Part shown: positions 19,927-29,700 of the stretch, piece by piece
How the letters are laid out: every line of letters starts with the position of its first letter
How positions within the stretch are numbered: position 1 is the stretch's first letter
Source: Flavobacteriales bacterium
GTDB taxonomy: Bacteria; Bacteroidota; Bacteroidia; Flavobacteriales_D; Parvicellaceae
Reading direction: 5' to 3'
NCBI GenBank assembly: GCA_020635565.1
Contig: JACJZN010000010.1
Span: 16,154-80,153, forward strand
Length of the DNA: 64,000 nt
Made by a program: the position numbers and the translations under genes
Notes under the pieces: model-generated
Seen by the model: only the letters and a program-made list of their open reading frames with translations
Database searches by the model: none
Told to the model about the DNA's origin: nothing

Positions 19927-20280
19927 TTATAATTTCTCTTCGATCTTTTCCATTTTTTCAACAAAAGTTTTGAATCCATCACAAGCTTCTATGTCTGACT
20001 TCTTCACTTCAAGTTTATCTTTACAGTGATCTTCGATTTCTTCAAACTTTTCCTCCAAAGCATCAATTTTCTTAACTGCCTCTTCATCTTTCTCCAACTC
20101 CTCTTCAGAATCGAATTTATCTACTGTTGCAAGAACATCATCAGCTACAACATTCATAGCATCAACACATCCACATGCATCTTTCAAATCTTCAACTTTA
20201 ATATCTTCCGCAGAACCTCCTCCGCATGAAGTCATTGCCAAAGTTGCAACAACTCCTAACGATAATAATACTTTTTTCAT
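19927..20280 (-). CDS. Small Cys-rich acidic lipoprotein (array member 2)
   Basis: MKKVLLSLGVVATLAMTSC; CGC plus two further Cys. Confidence 0.85.
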   Translation of the reverse strand: MKKVLLSLGVVATLAMTSCGGGSAEDIKVEDLKDACGCVDAMNVVADDVLATVDKFDSEEELEKDEEAVKKIDALEEKFEEIEDHCKDKLEVKKSDIEACDGFKTFVEKMEKIEEKL

Positions 20281-20297
20281 CTTATATTGTTTTAAAT

Positions 20298-20324
20298 AAA
20301 AAAAGGAGCAAGAGCTCCTTTTTT
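20298..20324 (-). terminator. Terminator after the lipoprotein at 20343-20648
   Basis: A7-GGAGC-aaga-GCTCC-T6. Confidence 0.8.
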
Positions 20325-20342
20325 CGTATTAACTAGGTTTTC

Positions 20343-20648
20343 TTAGTGTCCCATTAATTCTTTAAATGCTGGACACTCGTCCATCATTTCTTCCATTTTC
20401 TTCATTTTGTCTTCGTCAGAAAGATCTTTCATCTCTTCTTTCATCTCATCTCCAAGTTTCTTACAAGCTTCTTCATCAGCTTTGTACTTCTCTTCGATTT
20501 CTTTCAATTTTGCTTCATCATCTCCAGCAGCTTCCATTTCTTTCATTGCCTCAAGTCTAGTTTCAGCACAAGAACACATATCGTGTCCACCACATGAAGT
20601 CATTGCCATTGCAGCAACAACACCTAATGATAATAATACTTTTTTCAT
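20343..20648 (-). CDS. Small Cys/Met-rich lipoprotein (array member 3)
   Basis: Likely start MKKVLLSLGVVAAMAMTSC (ATG at 20648); CSC plus two further Cys. Confidence 0.85.
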   Translation of the reverse strand: MKKVLLSLGVVAAMAMTSCGGHDMCSCAETRLEAMKEMEAAGDDEAKLKEIEEKYKADEEACKKLGDEMKEEMKDLSDEDKMKKMEEMMDECPAFKELMGH

Positions 20649-20751
20649 TTTTTTGGAATATTTAATTTTTAATTCGTGGGCAAATATCATTAATTCATCT
20701 ATAAAAACAAAGAGAAATTTAAAATTTAGCGTTAACTATAGTTTAATTAAC

Positions 20752-20784
20752 AAAAAAAGCCACATGAAATCACGTGGCTTTTTT
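20752..20784 (-). terminator. Terminator after the lipoprotein at 20802-21062
   Basis: A7-GCCAC(A)TGA...TCACGTGGC-T6. Confidence 0.78.
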
Positions 20785-20801
20785 CTTTCGAATATCTAAA
20801 A

Positions 20802-21062
20802 TTATTTAGAAGCTTCTTCCAATTTAGGAGCAATTTCGATCAATCCAGAAGCATCACACTCCAACATTTTCTCTCCTAATTTTTTTCCATCTTCTTCAGA
20901 TCCCATTGATCCTGCGTACTTGTCAACCCACTCATCGTGACATTTTCCTTTGTCTTCTGCTTCTTTACAAGCACAAAACTCTTCTGCAGCAGCATCTACA
21001 TCGATCCCACATGAAGTCATAGCCATAGCAACAACTCCTAATGATAATAATACTTTTTTCAT
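20802..21062 (-). CDS. Small Cys-rich lipoprotein (array member 4)
   Basis: MKKVLLSLGVVAMAMTSC; AEEFCACK...KCHDEWVDKY...MLECD. Confidence 0.85.
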   Translation of the reverse strand: MKKVLLSLGVVAMAMTSCGIDVDAAAEEFCACKEAEDKGKCHDEWVDKYAGSMGSEEDGKKLGEKMLECDASGLIEIAPKLEEASK

Positions 21063-21144
21063 TTTAAAATTTAATTAGTTAACTATATCCAGCAAATATC
21101 TAAATAATCTTGATTATGACAAAATTTTACCACTACAAGAACTA

Positions 21145-21429
21145 TTATTTTGAAGCTTTTTCCAATTTAGGTGCAACTTCAAGCAATCCTGTCATGTCGC
21201 ATTCCATCATCAATTCAGCTAATTTTTGACCATCTTCTCCGCTACCGTCAAAATCAGCATACTTATCAACCCATTCATCATGACATTTCCCCTTGTCCTC
21301 TGCATCTTTACATGCGCAAAAATCCTCAGCGATCTTCTCCACGGTGATCTTTTCTTCATTAGGTTCTTACTTTGTCTCTCCACCACATGAAACTAGTGCT
21401 AAACCCAAAGCTATTACGAAATATTTCAT
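21145..21429 (-). pseudogene. Small Cys-rich lipoprotein (array member 5) interrupted by an in-frame TAA
   Basis: Reads MKYFVIALGLALVSCGGETK*EPNEEKITVEKIAEDFCACK... with the stop at 21367-21369. The downstream part is a close paralog of member 4. Confidence 0.8.
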
Positions 21430-21433
21430 TCCT

Positions 21434-21697
21434 TTATTCATTGTCTTCCTTAGCATCTAACTTCAAACACTCCTCATTCGTAAGAATCTCGGCAACAGCT
21501 CCTTGATCCTCAGTGATATCTTCGTAACGATCAAATTCAGCCATTAATTTTTCCATAACACAATCGCAATAAGCTCTCTCGCTTTTCTTTTCACACATAT
21601 CCAAAAAGTTTTTCTGATCATCCTCAGACCAACCTCCACAAGAAGACAGAACAACAGTTCCGAAAGCTAGTAAAAATGCTGTTTTTTTCAATTTCAT
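21434..21697 (-). CDS. Small Cys-rich lipoprotein (array member 6, different Cys order)
   Basis: Lipobox LSSC; WSEDDQKNFLDMC...YCDC...C. Confidence 0.8.
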   Translation of the reverse strand: MKLKKTAFLLAFGTVVLSSCGGWSEDDQKNFLDMCEKKSERAYCDCVMEKLMAEFDRYEDITEDQGAVAEILTNEECLKLDAKEDNE

Positions 21698-21755
21698 AGT
21701 TAATTAAATTGGTGTAACAAATATAACGAACTATTATTCGCAGCAAAGAATAAAC

Positions 21756-22358
21756 CTAGAAATAATGCCGGATACCTAAACTGAAACTTCTAACAGCCGC
21801 AAAATTAAAAACCATAGCTGGAACCGTAACCGACCCCACAGACACAAATTCTCTAAAAAAACCAACACCATATTCCAGCCCAGCTTGAATGGATAAATTT
21901 TCACGAAACGGATAGGCTAAATTGAGACCAGGAGAAATTCCTACACCATAATCATCGCCCTGAAATGTCCCTAAAGTCGCTTTTCGGAGAGACATGGAAT
22001 AAAACAGATCACCATCGAAAGACAAAATAAATTTATTGAGGCGCCACTTTTTCTCCAATCCTAATGTTACAATGAATGGCACTACCGAATGGGTTCGGAT
22101 ATTATTTTGGATCGACAGACTGTATTGACCAATCAGACGAATACTATAGTCCCAGCCTTTTAAAGAAGATTGTTGACCAAACTCCAGATAAAGACCTGGT
22201 GTATAAGTTTTAAAGTCATAGAGTTCAATAAGATTGGAAACCCCGTATCCAAAACTTCTTTTATGAGGCGAGATTGAATCTTCCTGAGCATAACTTGAAT
22301 TACCTATTATCTGGCAAACAACTGTGCAAAGAATTATCAATCGAAATATCAAATTCAT
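21756..22358 (-). CDS. Hypothetical small outer-membrane beta-barrel protein
   Basis: Signal peptide, alternating hydrophobic strands, C-terminal LGIRHYF. Confidence 0.6.
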   Translation of the reverse strand: MNLIFRLIILCTVVCQIIGNSSYAQEDSISPHKRSFGYGVSNLIELYDFKTYTPGLYLEFGQQSSLKGWDYSIRLIGQYSLSIQNNIRTHSVVPFIVTLGLEKKWRLNKFILSFDGDLFYSMSLRKATLGTFQGDDYGVGISPGLNLAYPFRENLSIQAGLEYGVGFFREFVSVGSVTVPAMVFNFAAVRSFSLGIRHYF

Positions 22359-22360
22359 GA

Positions 22361-22789
22361 TTAGTTAGAGATATGTAACTGTCCAGAATTTGGATCGTAA
22401 GAAGTTCGATACTGATACAGTGCATAAGGTGCTGGTCCCTCCAGAACGGTTCCATCGAAAATACTATACTTAGTCCCATCACAATCGCATTCCACTATGA
22501 AGTTGGTGCTATCTACCACTCCATACCCACATGAATTGGGAAGTTCAAATGTACATTTACGCTCATATGCAACAACAGTTTCATAAGATTGCCTGTAAAC
22601 AATAATACCATCATTTCCGCCTGTAACGTAAACCCATCCCCCTATGATATTAAGATTCGAATAGGCTGGCAAACTTGTATTAATGTATATATCCACAGGC
22701 ACGTATGGCATTTGATTTTGGTTGCCCCGACAACCAAATATCAAAGGCAACATTAACACTAGTTGCAGGTATGAAATTAGATTTTTCAT
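22361..22789 (-). CDS. Rieske-fold-like lipoprotein (Bacteroidota type)
   Basis: Lipobox IFGC; GIIVYR...AYERKC...ECDCDGTKYSIFDG...GPA..L.QY follows the Rieske pattern without the His ligands. Confidence 0.65.
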   Translation of the reverse strand: MKNLISYLQLVLMLPLIFGCRGNQNQMPYVPVDIYINTSLPAYSNLNIIGGWVYVTGGNDGIIVYRQSYETVVAYERKCTFELPNSCGYGVVDSTNFIVECDCDGTKYSIFDGTVLEGPAPYALYQYRTSYDPNSGQLHISN

Positions 22790-22880
22790 ATTTTGTAATT
22801 GTAAATTTAAACGAATATCTTTACAGAAACGTGTACTGTTGGTGCTAAAATTGACAATACATTTAGTAATCCAATGATCT

Positions 22881-23153
22881 ATGAGAATTCTTTTATTGAT
22901 ATTTTTTCTTGGAGTGGCCGGAACGACTGCGACTACATACGCGCAAGAACCAGTGAACGAACATTATGAAAAAAAGAAAAAACAACGTAAGAAAGATCAA
23001 GATAAAGCTGAAAAAGAGATCCTTAAACAGCATGAGGATATCCAAAGCAAGGAAACTAAAAAAATGATGAAGGAAACCAAGAAAAAATCAAAACGGCTCA
23101 AGAAAGGTAAATCTCCCGACCCGTTTTGGAAAAAATGGTTTATTAAATCTTGA
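22881..23153 (+). CDS. Small Lys-rich secreted hypothetical protein
   Basis: Signal peptide followed by a highly basic helix (HEDIQSKETKKMMK). Confidence 0.7.
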   Translation: MRILLLIFFLGVAGTTATTYAQEPVNEHYEKKKKQRKKDQDKAEKEILKQHEDIQSKETKKMMKETKKKSKRLKKGKSPDPFWKKWFIKS

Positions 23154-23203
23154 TCCCTGAGAAACAAGTCGATTCAAAAGTGGTGCTCTGAATAGTGTCT
23201 CCT

Positions 23204-24985
23204 TTATTCGATAACGATCTCATATGGCAATCTTGCCTGAACGCCTCTCATTGAAGACATTTCATCGATGGTATTCAGCATTTTCATCACCTCAACTGAA
23301 GCCTTCGAACTAGTTTTGTTATCTTCTTTTCCAAGCTCCATATTTCTTAGAAAATCCATCATGCCATTATCCCACTCCGGATAAACTTTAATGTGAATAT
23401 CACTCTTTTTGATCTTAGCTTGTTCAGCGGCATAGTATAAGGCATCATCAATTCCGCCTAGCTCATCAACCAATCCGATATTAAGCGCATCAGTTCCTGC
23501 CCAAACTCTACCCTGTCCAATACTGTCTACAGCAGCTTGCGTCATTCCTCTTCCTTCAGCTACTTTTTTGGTGAAGTCATCATAGATCTGATCGACTCCT
23601 CCTTGAATAATATTTCTTTCCTCTTCTGTCAATGCTTGGAAAATCGGTAACGAAGAATTAGCGTGTACATTTGTTTTAGCCCCATCTATCGTTATCCCCA
23701 GTTTATCCTCGAGCATTGGTCCAATATTAGGTATTACACCAAAAACGCCAATAGAACCTGTAATTGTATTAGGCTGTGCATAGATCTTGTCGGCAGGACA
23801 GGCTATATAATAGCCTCCAGACGCAGCAACATCCCCCATTGATACGATAACTGGTTTCACTTCCTTTGTAAGTTTTACCTCTCTCCAGATCACATCAGAT
23901 GCTAGTGCATCACCTCCCGGACTATTAATTCTTAAAACTACGGCTTTGATATTTTCGTCCAGTCTTGCATCTCGAATAGCTTCAGAAACTGTTTCAGATC
24001 CGATTGACTCTCTTGTGCCTTTACCACTATTGATACCACCTACAGCATAGACAACTGCAATATTCTCATCTTCACCGGCATTCTCCTTCTTAATATCCCT
24101 GTCCTTATGATAAGCATACTGTTCAAAATCCAGAAACTCAATTTCATTGATGGACTCAGCTTTGGTATTCTTTTTTATTATATCCAGAACCTCATCCTTA
24201 TATAACAATCCATCAACTAACTTATAACTCAAAGCTGTCTCCGCACTTCTGACATACAAGCTATCTGCTATCTCATTCAAATAAGCAACATCAATGCCTC
24301 TCTCTTTAGATATCCCTTTAAGCATTTGATTCCACATTGCATTAAGATAAGTCATTGTCTGCTTTCTGTTTGCATCACTCATGCTATCAAGCATAAATGG
24401 TTCTACAGCCGATTTGAATTTATTATTGGAACCTCTGATGATCTGCATATCTACCCCTAACTTATCAATCATTCCTTTAAAGAACATGAGTTGAACTCCC
24501 AAGCCTCTGAATTCAACTAGTCCTACCGGATTCAGATAAACTTCGTTGGCAGCGGATGCTAGATAATATCCTTTTTGCGAGTAAACATCTGCGTATGCAA
24601 TCACAAATTTTCCGGACTCCCTGAATTCAAGTATACTGTTTCTGATCTCCTCAAGGGTGGCCATACCTGCACTCATCGCAGGAGGTAGGTTAATCATGAT
24701 CCCATCAATTTTTTCATCCTTCTCTGCCGCTTCCAATGCAATTTTTATCTCGCGAAGTCCCATTGTATAGTTCGTTTGAATATTCGAACCTGTAAATGAG
24801 ATCTCCGCATTGGAAAGTTCTGAGATGTTACCAAAGCTCATTTGAAGAACGCTATGTTCCTCATATTCATATTCTTTTTCATCAAATGCGATCCAAATGA
24901 TTACAACAAGGGTTAATATCCCTAGAAAAGCTAGAAAAATATAGGCTAATGTCGATGCCCAAAAACTTCTCCAAAATGGTCTCAT
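23204..24985 (-). CDS. sppA: Signal peptide peptidase SppA, 67-kDa type (protease IV)
   Basis: Likely start MRPFW. Motifs YYLAS, KFKSAVEP, LRINSPGG, SMGDVAASGGYY, TGSIGV and GRVWAG. Confidence 0.96.
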   Translation of the reverse strand: MRPFWRSFWASTLAYIFLAFLGILTLVVIIWIAFDEKEYEYEEHSVLQMSFGNISELSNAEISFTGSNIQTNYTMGLREIKIALEAAEKDEKIDGIMINLPPAMSAGMATLEEIRNSILEFRESGKFVIAYADVYSQKGYYLASAANEVYLNPVGLVEFRGLGVQLMFFKGMIDKLGVDMQIIRGSNNKFKSAVEPFMLDSMSDANRKQTMTYLNAMWNQMLKGISKERGIDVAYLNEIADSLYVRSAETALSYKLVDGLLYKDEVLDIIKKNTKAESINEIEFLDFEQYAYHKDRDIKKENAGEDENIAVVYAVGGINSGKGTRESIGSETVSEAIRDARLDENIKAVVLRINSPGGDALASDVIWREVKLTKEVKPVIVSMGDVAASGGYYIACPADKIYAQPNTITGSIGVFGVIPNIGPMLEDKLGITIDGAKTNVHANSSLPIFQALTEEERNIIQGGVDQIYDDFTKKVAEGRGMTQAAVDSIGQGRVWAGTDALNIGLVDELGGIDDALYYAAEQAKIKKSDIHIKVYPEWDNGMMDFLRNMELGKEDNKTSSKASVEVMKMLNTIDEMSSMRGVQARLPYEIVIE

Positions 24986-25113
24986 AACTTTACAATTTAG
25001 TTCTTGAGTACAAAATAAACCATAGCTATTCAACAAAATTGCGGCTTCTACATGAATGGTAATTGTTGTTTGTTTAACGGTTTTTATTTACTTTTGACAT
25101 CGGATTTTTTGAT

Positions 25114-25560
25114 ATGAAACGACTTCTTTTAATACTCATCTTTGCATTATCTGGACCAATTTTTCTTGGTGGTTGCACTAACTCTGATGCTGTGGAAGCT
25201 CAAGTGGTTCACACCAAAGCTTGTACTATTGAAATTACAGGAATGATGTGTGAGAAGGGTTGTAAGACCACCATACAAAATCGGATAAACGAAATGGAAG
25301 GGGTGATTATAGGTGAAGTTGATTATCCTTTAGGTAAAGCTTTTATTACTTATGATGCCAATGTCTTATCTTGCGAAAAGATCATTTCAGAGATTGAGTC
25401 TATTGGAGATGGTCTTTATAAGGCTACAAAAGTTGAGGATAAGGATATTGAAAATTCCCCTGAAAACTTGGATGAGAATGGTGAAGGGAACAGTGCAAGT
25501 GTTGAAAGTTACAGTTTTGAAGTTCCAGATATCACATGGTTCTTCTCGGCACTACTTTAA
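25114..25560 (+). CDS. Heavy-metal-associated (HMA) domain lipoprotein
   Basis: Lipobox LGGC; ITGMMCEKGC metal-binding loop. Confidence 0.85.
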   Translation: MKRLLLILIFALSGPIFLGGCTNSDAVEAQVVHTKACTIEITGMMCEKGCKTTIQNRINEMEGVIIGEVDYPLGKAFITYDANVLSCEKIISEIESIGDGLYKATKVEDKDIENSPENLDENGEGNSASVESYSFEVPDITWFFSALL

Positions 25561-25565
25561 ACTAT

Positions 25566-26750
25566 ATGAGTTATCCACTATCGCCAGCTTTGGCTCACAC
25601 CACAAAAATGCCTTTCAGGATTGACGTTGAAAAGGCTGAGGGTGTCTTCATTTTTGACAAGAATGGAAAAAAATATCTAGATTTTATCTCTGGAATTTCT
25701 GTAAGTAATATTGGACATAGACACCCGCATGTAGTTAAAGCGATCAAAGATCAACTAGATCATTACATGCATACTATGGTATATGGTGAATTTCATCAAG
25801 ATCCTCAGATCAACTTAGCTGAAAAGTTAAACGATATTCTCCCTAAAGGATTGGATGTTTCCTACTTTGTGAATTCAGGGACAGAAGCTAATGAGGCAGC
25901 TCTAAAACTAGCGAAAAGGTATACAGGAAGACATAAACTGATCTCCTTTGTAGGCGCCTATCATGGTAATACACATGGCTCTATGAGTGTTAGTTTCAAC
26001 GAATTGAAAAAAGCCCCATTCAGACCATTGCTTCCAGGTGTTGAGTTCATTCGCTTTAATGACAAAAATGAATTACAAAAAATAAATGAAGAAATAGCAG
26101 GTGTGATCGTAGAGCCTGTTCAAGGAGATGCTGGTGTTAGGATTCCAGACCAAGACTATCTCCAAGCGCTAAAGAAAAGATGCGAAGAAGTTGGTGCTTT
26201 ATTGATCTTTGATGAGATCCAGACAGGCTTTGGAAGGACGGGTAAATTGTTTGCATTCGAACATTATAACGTTGTCCCTGATATTCTAACCATCGCCAAA
26301 GGTTTTGGAGGTGGAATGCCTATCGGTGCATTTATTTCAAGTCATATGATCATGGATGTCCTTACTGAACATCCAGCTCTAGGTCACATCACCACATTTG
26401 GTGGTCATCCTGTCAACTGCGCTTCAGCTTTAGCCAACATCGAAGTACTTGAAGGTGATAATTGGTCTATCATCAAGGATGCAGAAAGGAAGGGAGCGAT
26501 GATCGAGAAGCTACTTATTCATCCTGAAGTTATTGAGATCAGACGTAAAGGACTTTTCTTTGCAATACAAATGAAAAATGCTGAAACTGTTGCGAAAGTT
26601 GTAAACGGATGCAAGGAAAAAGGTCTTCTAAGCTATTGGTTCCTATCAAACCCTGACAGTTTCAGAATTGCCCCTCCTTTGACGGTCTCAAATGAAGAAA
26701 TAAATGAAGGCTGCCAAATCATTCGATCGGTATTTGATAATTTGGTCTAG
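25566..26750 (+). CDS. Class III PLP aminotransferase (acetylornithine aminotransferase-like)
   Basis: NSGTEANE, AYHG, DEIQTGFGRTG, PDILTIAKG and TTFGG. Likely start MSYP. Confidence 0.92.
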   Translation: MSYPLSPALAHTTKMPFRIDVEKAEGVFIFDKNGKKYLDFISGISVSNIGHRHPHVVKAIKDQLDHYMHTMVYGEFHQDPQINLAEKLNDILPKGLDVSYFVNSGTEANEAALKLAKRYTGRHKLISFVGAYHGNTHGSMSVSFNELKKAPFRPLLPGVEFIRFNDKNELQKINEEIAGVIVEPVQGDAGVRIPDQDYLQALKKRCEEVGALLIFDEIQTGFGRTGKLFAFEHYNVVPDILTIAKGFGGGMPIGAFISSHMIMDVLTEHPALGHITTFGGHPVNCASALANIEVLEGDNWSIIKDAERKGAMIEKLLIHPEVIEIRRKGLFFAIQMKNAETVAKVVNGCKEKGLLSYWFLSNPDSFRIAPPLTVSNEEINEGCQIIRSVFDNLV

Positions 26751-26752
26751 GA

Positions 26753-29700
26753 TTAATTCGTTTCAGTATCCCAGATATACTCATTAATGATACCACCATT
26801 TTTGAAATAAGCTGTGCTCCACTTACTGGTAACTTTCTTATACTCATCAGCCTTATTCCCTCTTACAACGATCCTTAGAATTGTGATCTCAACAACTTCA
26901 CCTAAGTTATTAGTTCTCTGAAATGTTTTTTCAGTAACACCTTCAGGATATTGATTTGCTAAAGGATCAATATTTTCATCTGAGAACATGGTCGCCTTTT
27001 GCGTTTTTACACTATCCATAACTACTGAATTGTCATAACCCACATCAGAAAACTCATTATCAATAGAAGCATTATCATCTAATACATTATCCTGATATGC
27101 CACCATTTTATCCATATTTTCCTCAACCATAGCAGACTCCTCCTCATCCATCCCCAATTGATCCTCTTTGATCTTATCCTTGTCCTTATAATTATCCTGA
27201 CTTCTTTCCTCATTGATAACCATTCCATCCTGATAAAGATCTGACAGATCGCTCTGATAAATTTCCATTGCAGAAACATTATCCTCACGAGGAACATCCA
27301 TCTCATCCGCAAATTCATCAAGATAATCTCGATACTCCATATTATAATCATTTACAGCATCAGTCTTTTCTACGCTTTCAGCATGATTATCTAGGTTGAT
27401 ATCCATTTGAAGTTCCTTAAAGTCATCCATCTGAACTACCGTCTCTTCCTTTCTTCTTAAGTCACCATCCTCCGCAAATTGTTCATAGTCAGAAGCCATT
27501 TGTTTATAATCTCCGTATGTTTCATAAGTAGAAGACACTCCTTGATCAATCAAGTCATTGCTAATGTCAATCTGTATCTCCTTGTAGTCTTCCATATCAA
27601 CAATGTTGTCCTCTCTTCTAACATCCATCTTTTCAGAAGCATCCTCTAAGTCATTCTGATAATCATTGTAGTATATTCTATTCTCGTTTGTTACATCCAC
27701 TTCAGTTCCTGCTAGATCCAATTGAAGCTCTGATTGTTCAAGCTTGTACTCTTCCATATCATAGATGTTCTCCTTTCGATTCTCGTCCAAAGAGTACTCA
27801 TATTCCGATCTTGCCTGTTCTGAATTATCGTAGTAATTATTTAAATTATTAGAACGATTGGTCTCCACATCATAGAAGCCTTCTATCTCCATCGTCTTGT
27901 TTTCCTTGTACTGCTCTATCTCAAGCAATACATCTTTTCTTTGTTCATCCCACAACTCTTGTAATTCTGCATATTCTGTATCCATCTGCTCGTAGTCTTC
28001 GTTAATAGATTCTGTACGATCAGACTGAAACATCAATTCATCCTCATTATCTGTTTTTACTTTTTCCTTGTAGGTTTCGTAATCTGCATCTTTAGATGTG
28101 ATCTCATCTACCCGATCATCCGCCCAAAGTTTTTCAATTTCCTCCTCAGACATATGAATCTCCTCTCCATAATATCCAGGATCAATCTCAATCGCGTTCT
28201 CTTTCTCGATCTTCTCCTTTTGAGCTTGAGCAGCATCAGACATTAACGCTTTTATCTCCGCAATTTTATCAGTTGGATATTTCGCACCTGGTTTCACTCC
28301 CAACGCTCCTTCATAGGCATCTATTGCCTTCTGATATTTTTTCTCCGCGAACAATGCATTACCTTCCTGAACAAACTCATTATACGCATCGAGCTTTCCT
28401 GCACTGGCTTTTGCTTTTTTAATTTTTTCCAACTGCGCTGGCGGATATGGATCTGCTGGTTTTAAATCCTTTGCTCTTCCATAGAGTTCTTCAGCTCCAT
28501 CCCAGTTTTTTGCTGCAAATAGAGCATCAGCTTTATCAATGATTTTCTGATATTGCTTATCGATGAACTTCGCAGCCCATTCCTCCATTAAATTATTCAG
28601 ATAATTCACCTGCTCCTGAGGATAGCTCTCATCTCCTTTTATCTTCATAGCAGCATCATACAATCCCTTTGCCGCGATTGCCAGATCATCACTTTCTGCA
28701 GCTATTGCTTCATCCCTTTTCGCATCAGCTTTCGCAATTGCCGCCTGATATTTTTCTAACAAGGCATTTTCATTTGCCATATTTGAAAGGATGTCATTGA
28801 TTTCGTTGATTCTCTTCTGAGGTTCTGTCTCAGCAGGCAAAATGTTCTTTGCTTCTGTATAAGCATCAATTGCTTCTTGATATTTTTTACTATCCTTTAG
28901 CGACTTTCCTTTAGCCATCAACGCATCATACTCCTGCTTTTTCTTAGCTTGTTCAGCGGCTGCATCATCAGCAGCTGCAGCATCTGCCAATTTCTGATCA
29001 ATCAATGCGATCTGCTCATTAGGACGAGGTCTATCAAAAACCCCCTTCGCTTTTATATAATCTGTTTTTGCTTCCTTCCATTTTCCAGCCTCAAATAAAC
29101 CATCTGCACTCGCCATGTACTTATTGTATTCATCCTCTTTGGCTTTCATTGCAGAAACTTCTTTAATTCTCTGGTTCAAGATATCCTCTTTAGCAGCAAA
29201 CAAACCTTTAGCCTTTGAATATAATCCTATAGCTTTCTCATATTCTCCAGCTTCCGTTAAAGCAGTTCCTTTCTCCAGATATTTTTGAAATTGAGTCTCT
29301 GTTTCATCATCCAGCTCCTTCTTCATTAGATCGTTCACCTCATCGATCTTCTTTTGAGGAATTGGACTATCTGTTTTAACTTCTTTTGCTTGTCCGTAGA
29401 ATCCCTTAGCTTCCTCCCAACTCCTAGCATCCTTAGCGGCATCTCCCTTTGCTATTAGATCATTGAATTCCTTGTCTTTCGCTTCTGCAGCAGCATCTGA
29501 TGCCTTCTGAGCTTCGTATGCTGCCTTAGCATCTTTAGCTGCCTTAATCTTTTGGTTTGCCAGAGCATTATTCACATTCAAACCTAAAGCTGATTCATAT
29601 TCATTAATAGCCATATCAAAGGCATTTGAAGATAGATGGCCGTCTCCTGCAGCAACAAATTTCTCAAACTGGGCTTGCTTAGCTGCAGCGTCCTGATCAG

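Noticed and set aside
19879-20784. Recurring intergenic palindromes in the lipoprotein array considered as integron attC sites
   Set aside because: They are short GC stems flanked by A and T tracts, differ in sequence, lack RYYYAAC/GTTRRRY ends and have no integrase nearby. They fit ordinary terminators.
21367-21369. Stop-codon recoding (selenocysteine, pyrrolysine or an alternative code)
   Set aside because: The codon is TAA, which ends most genes in the window. Sec and Pyl use TGA and TAG.
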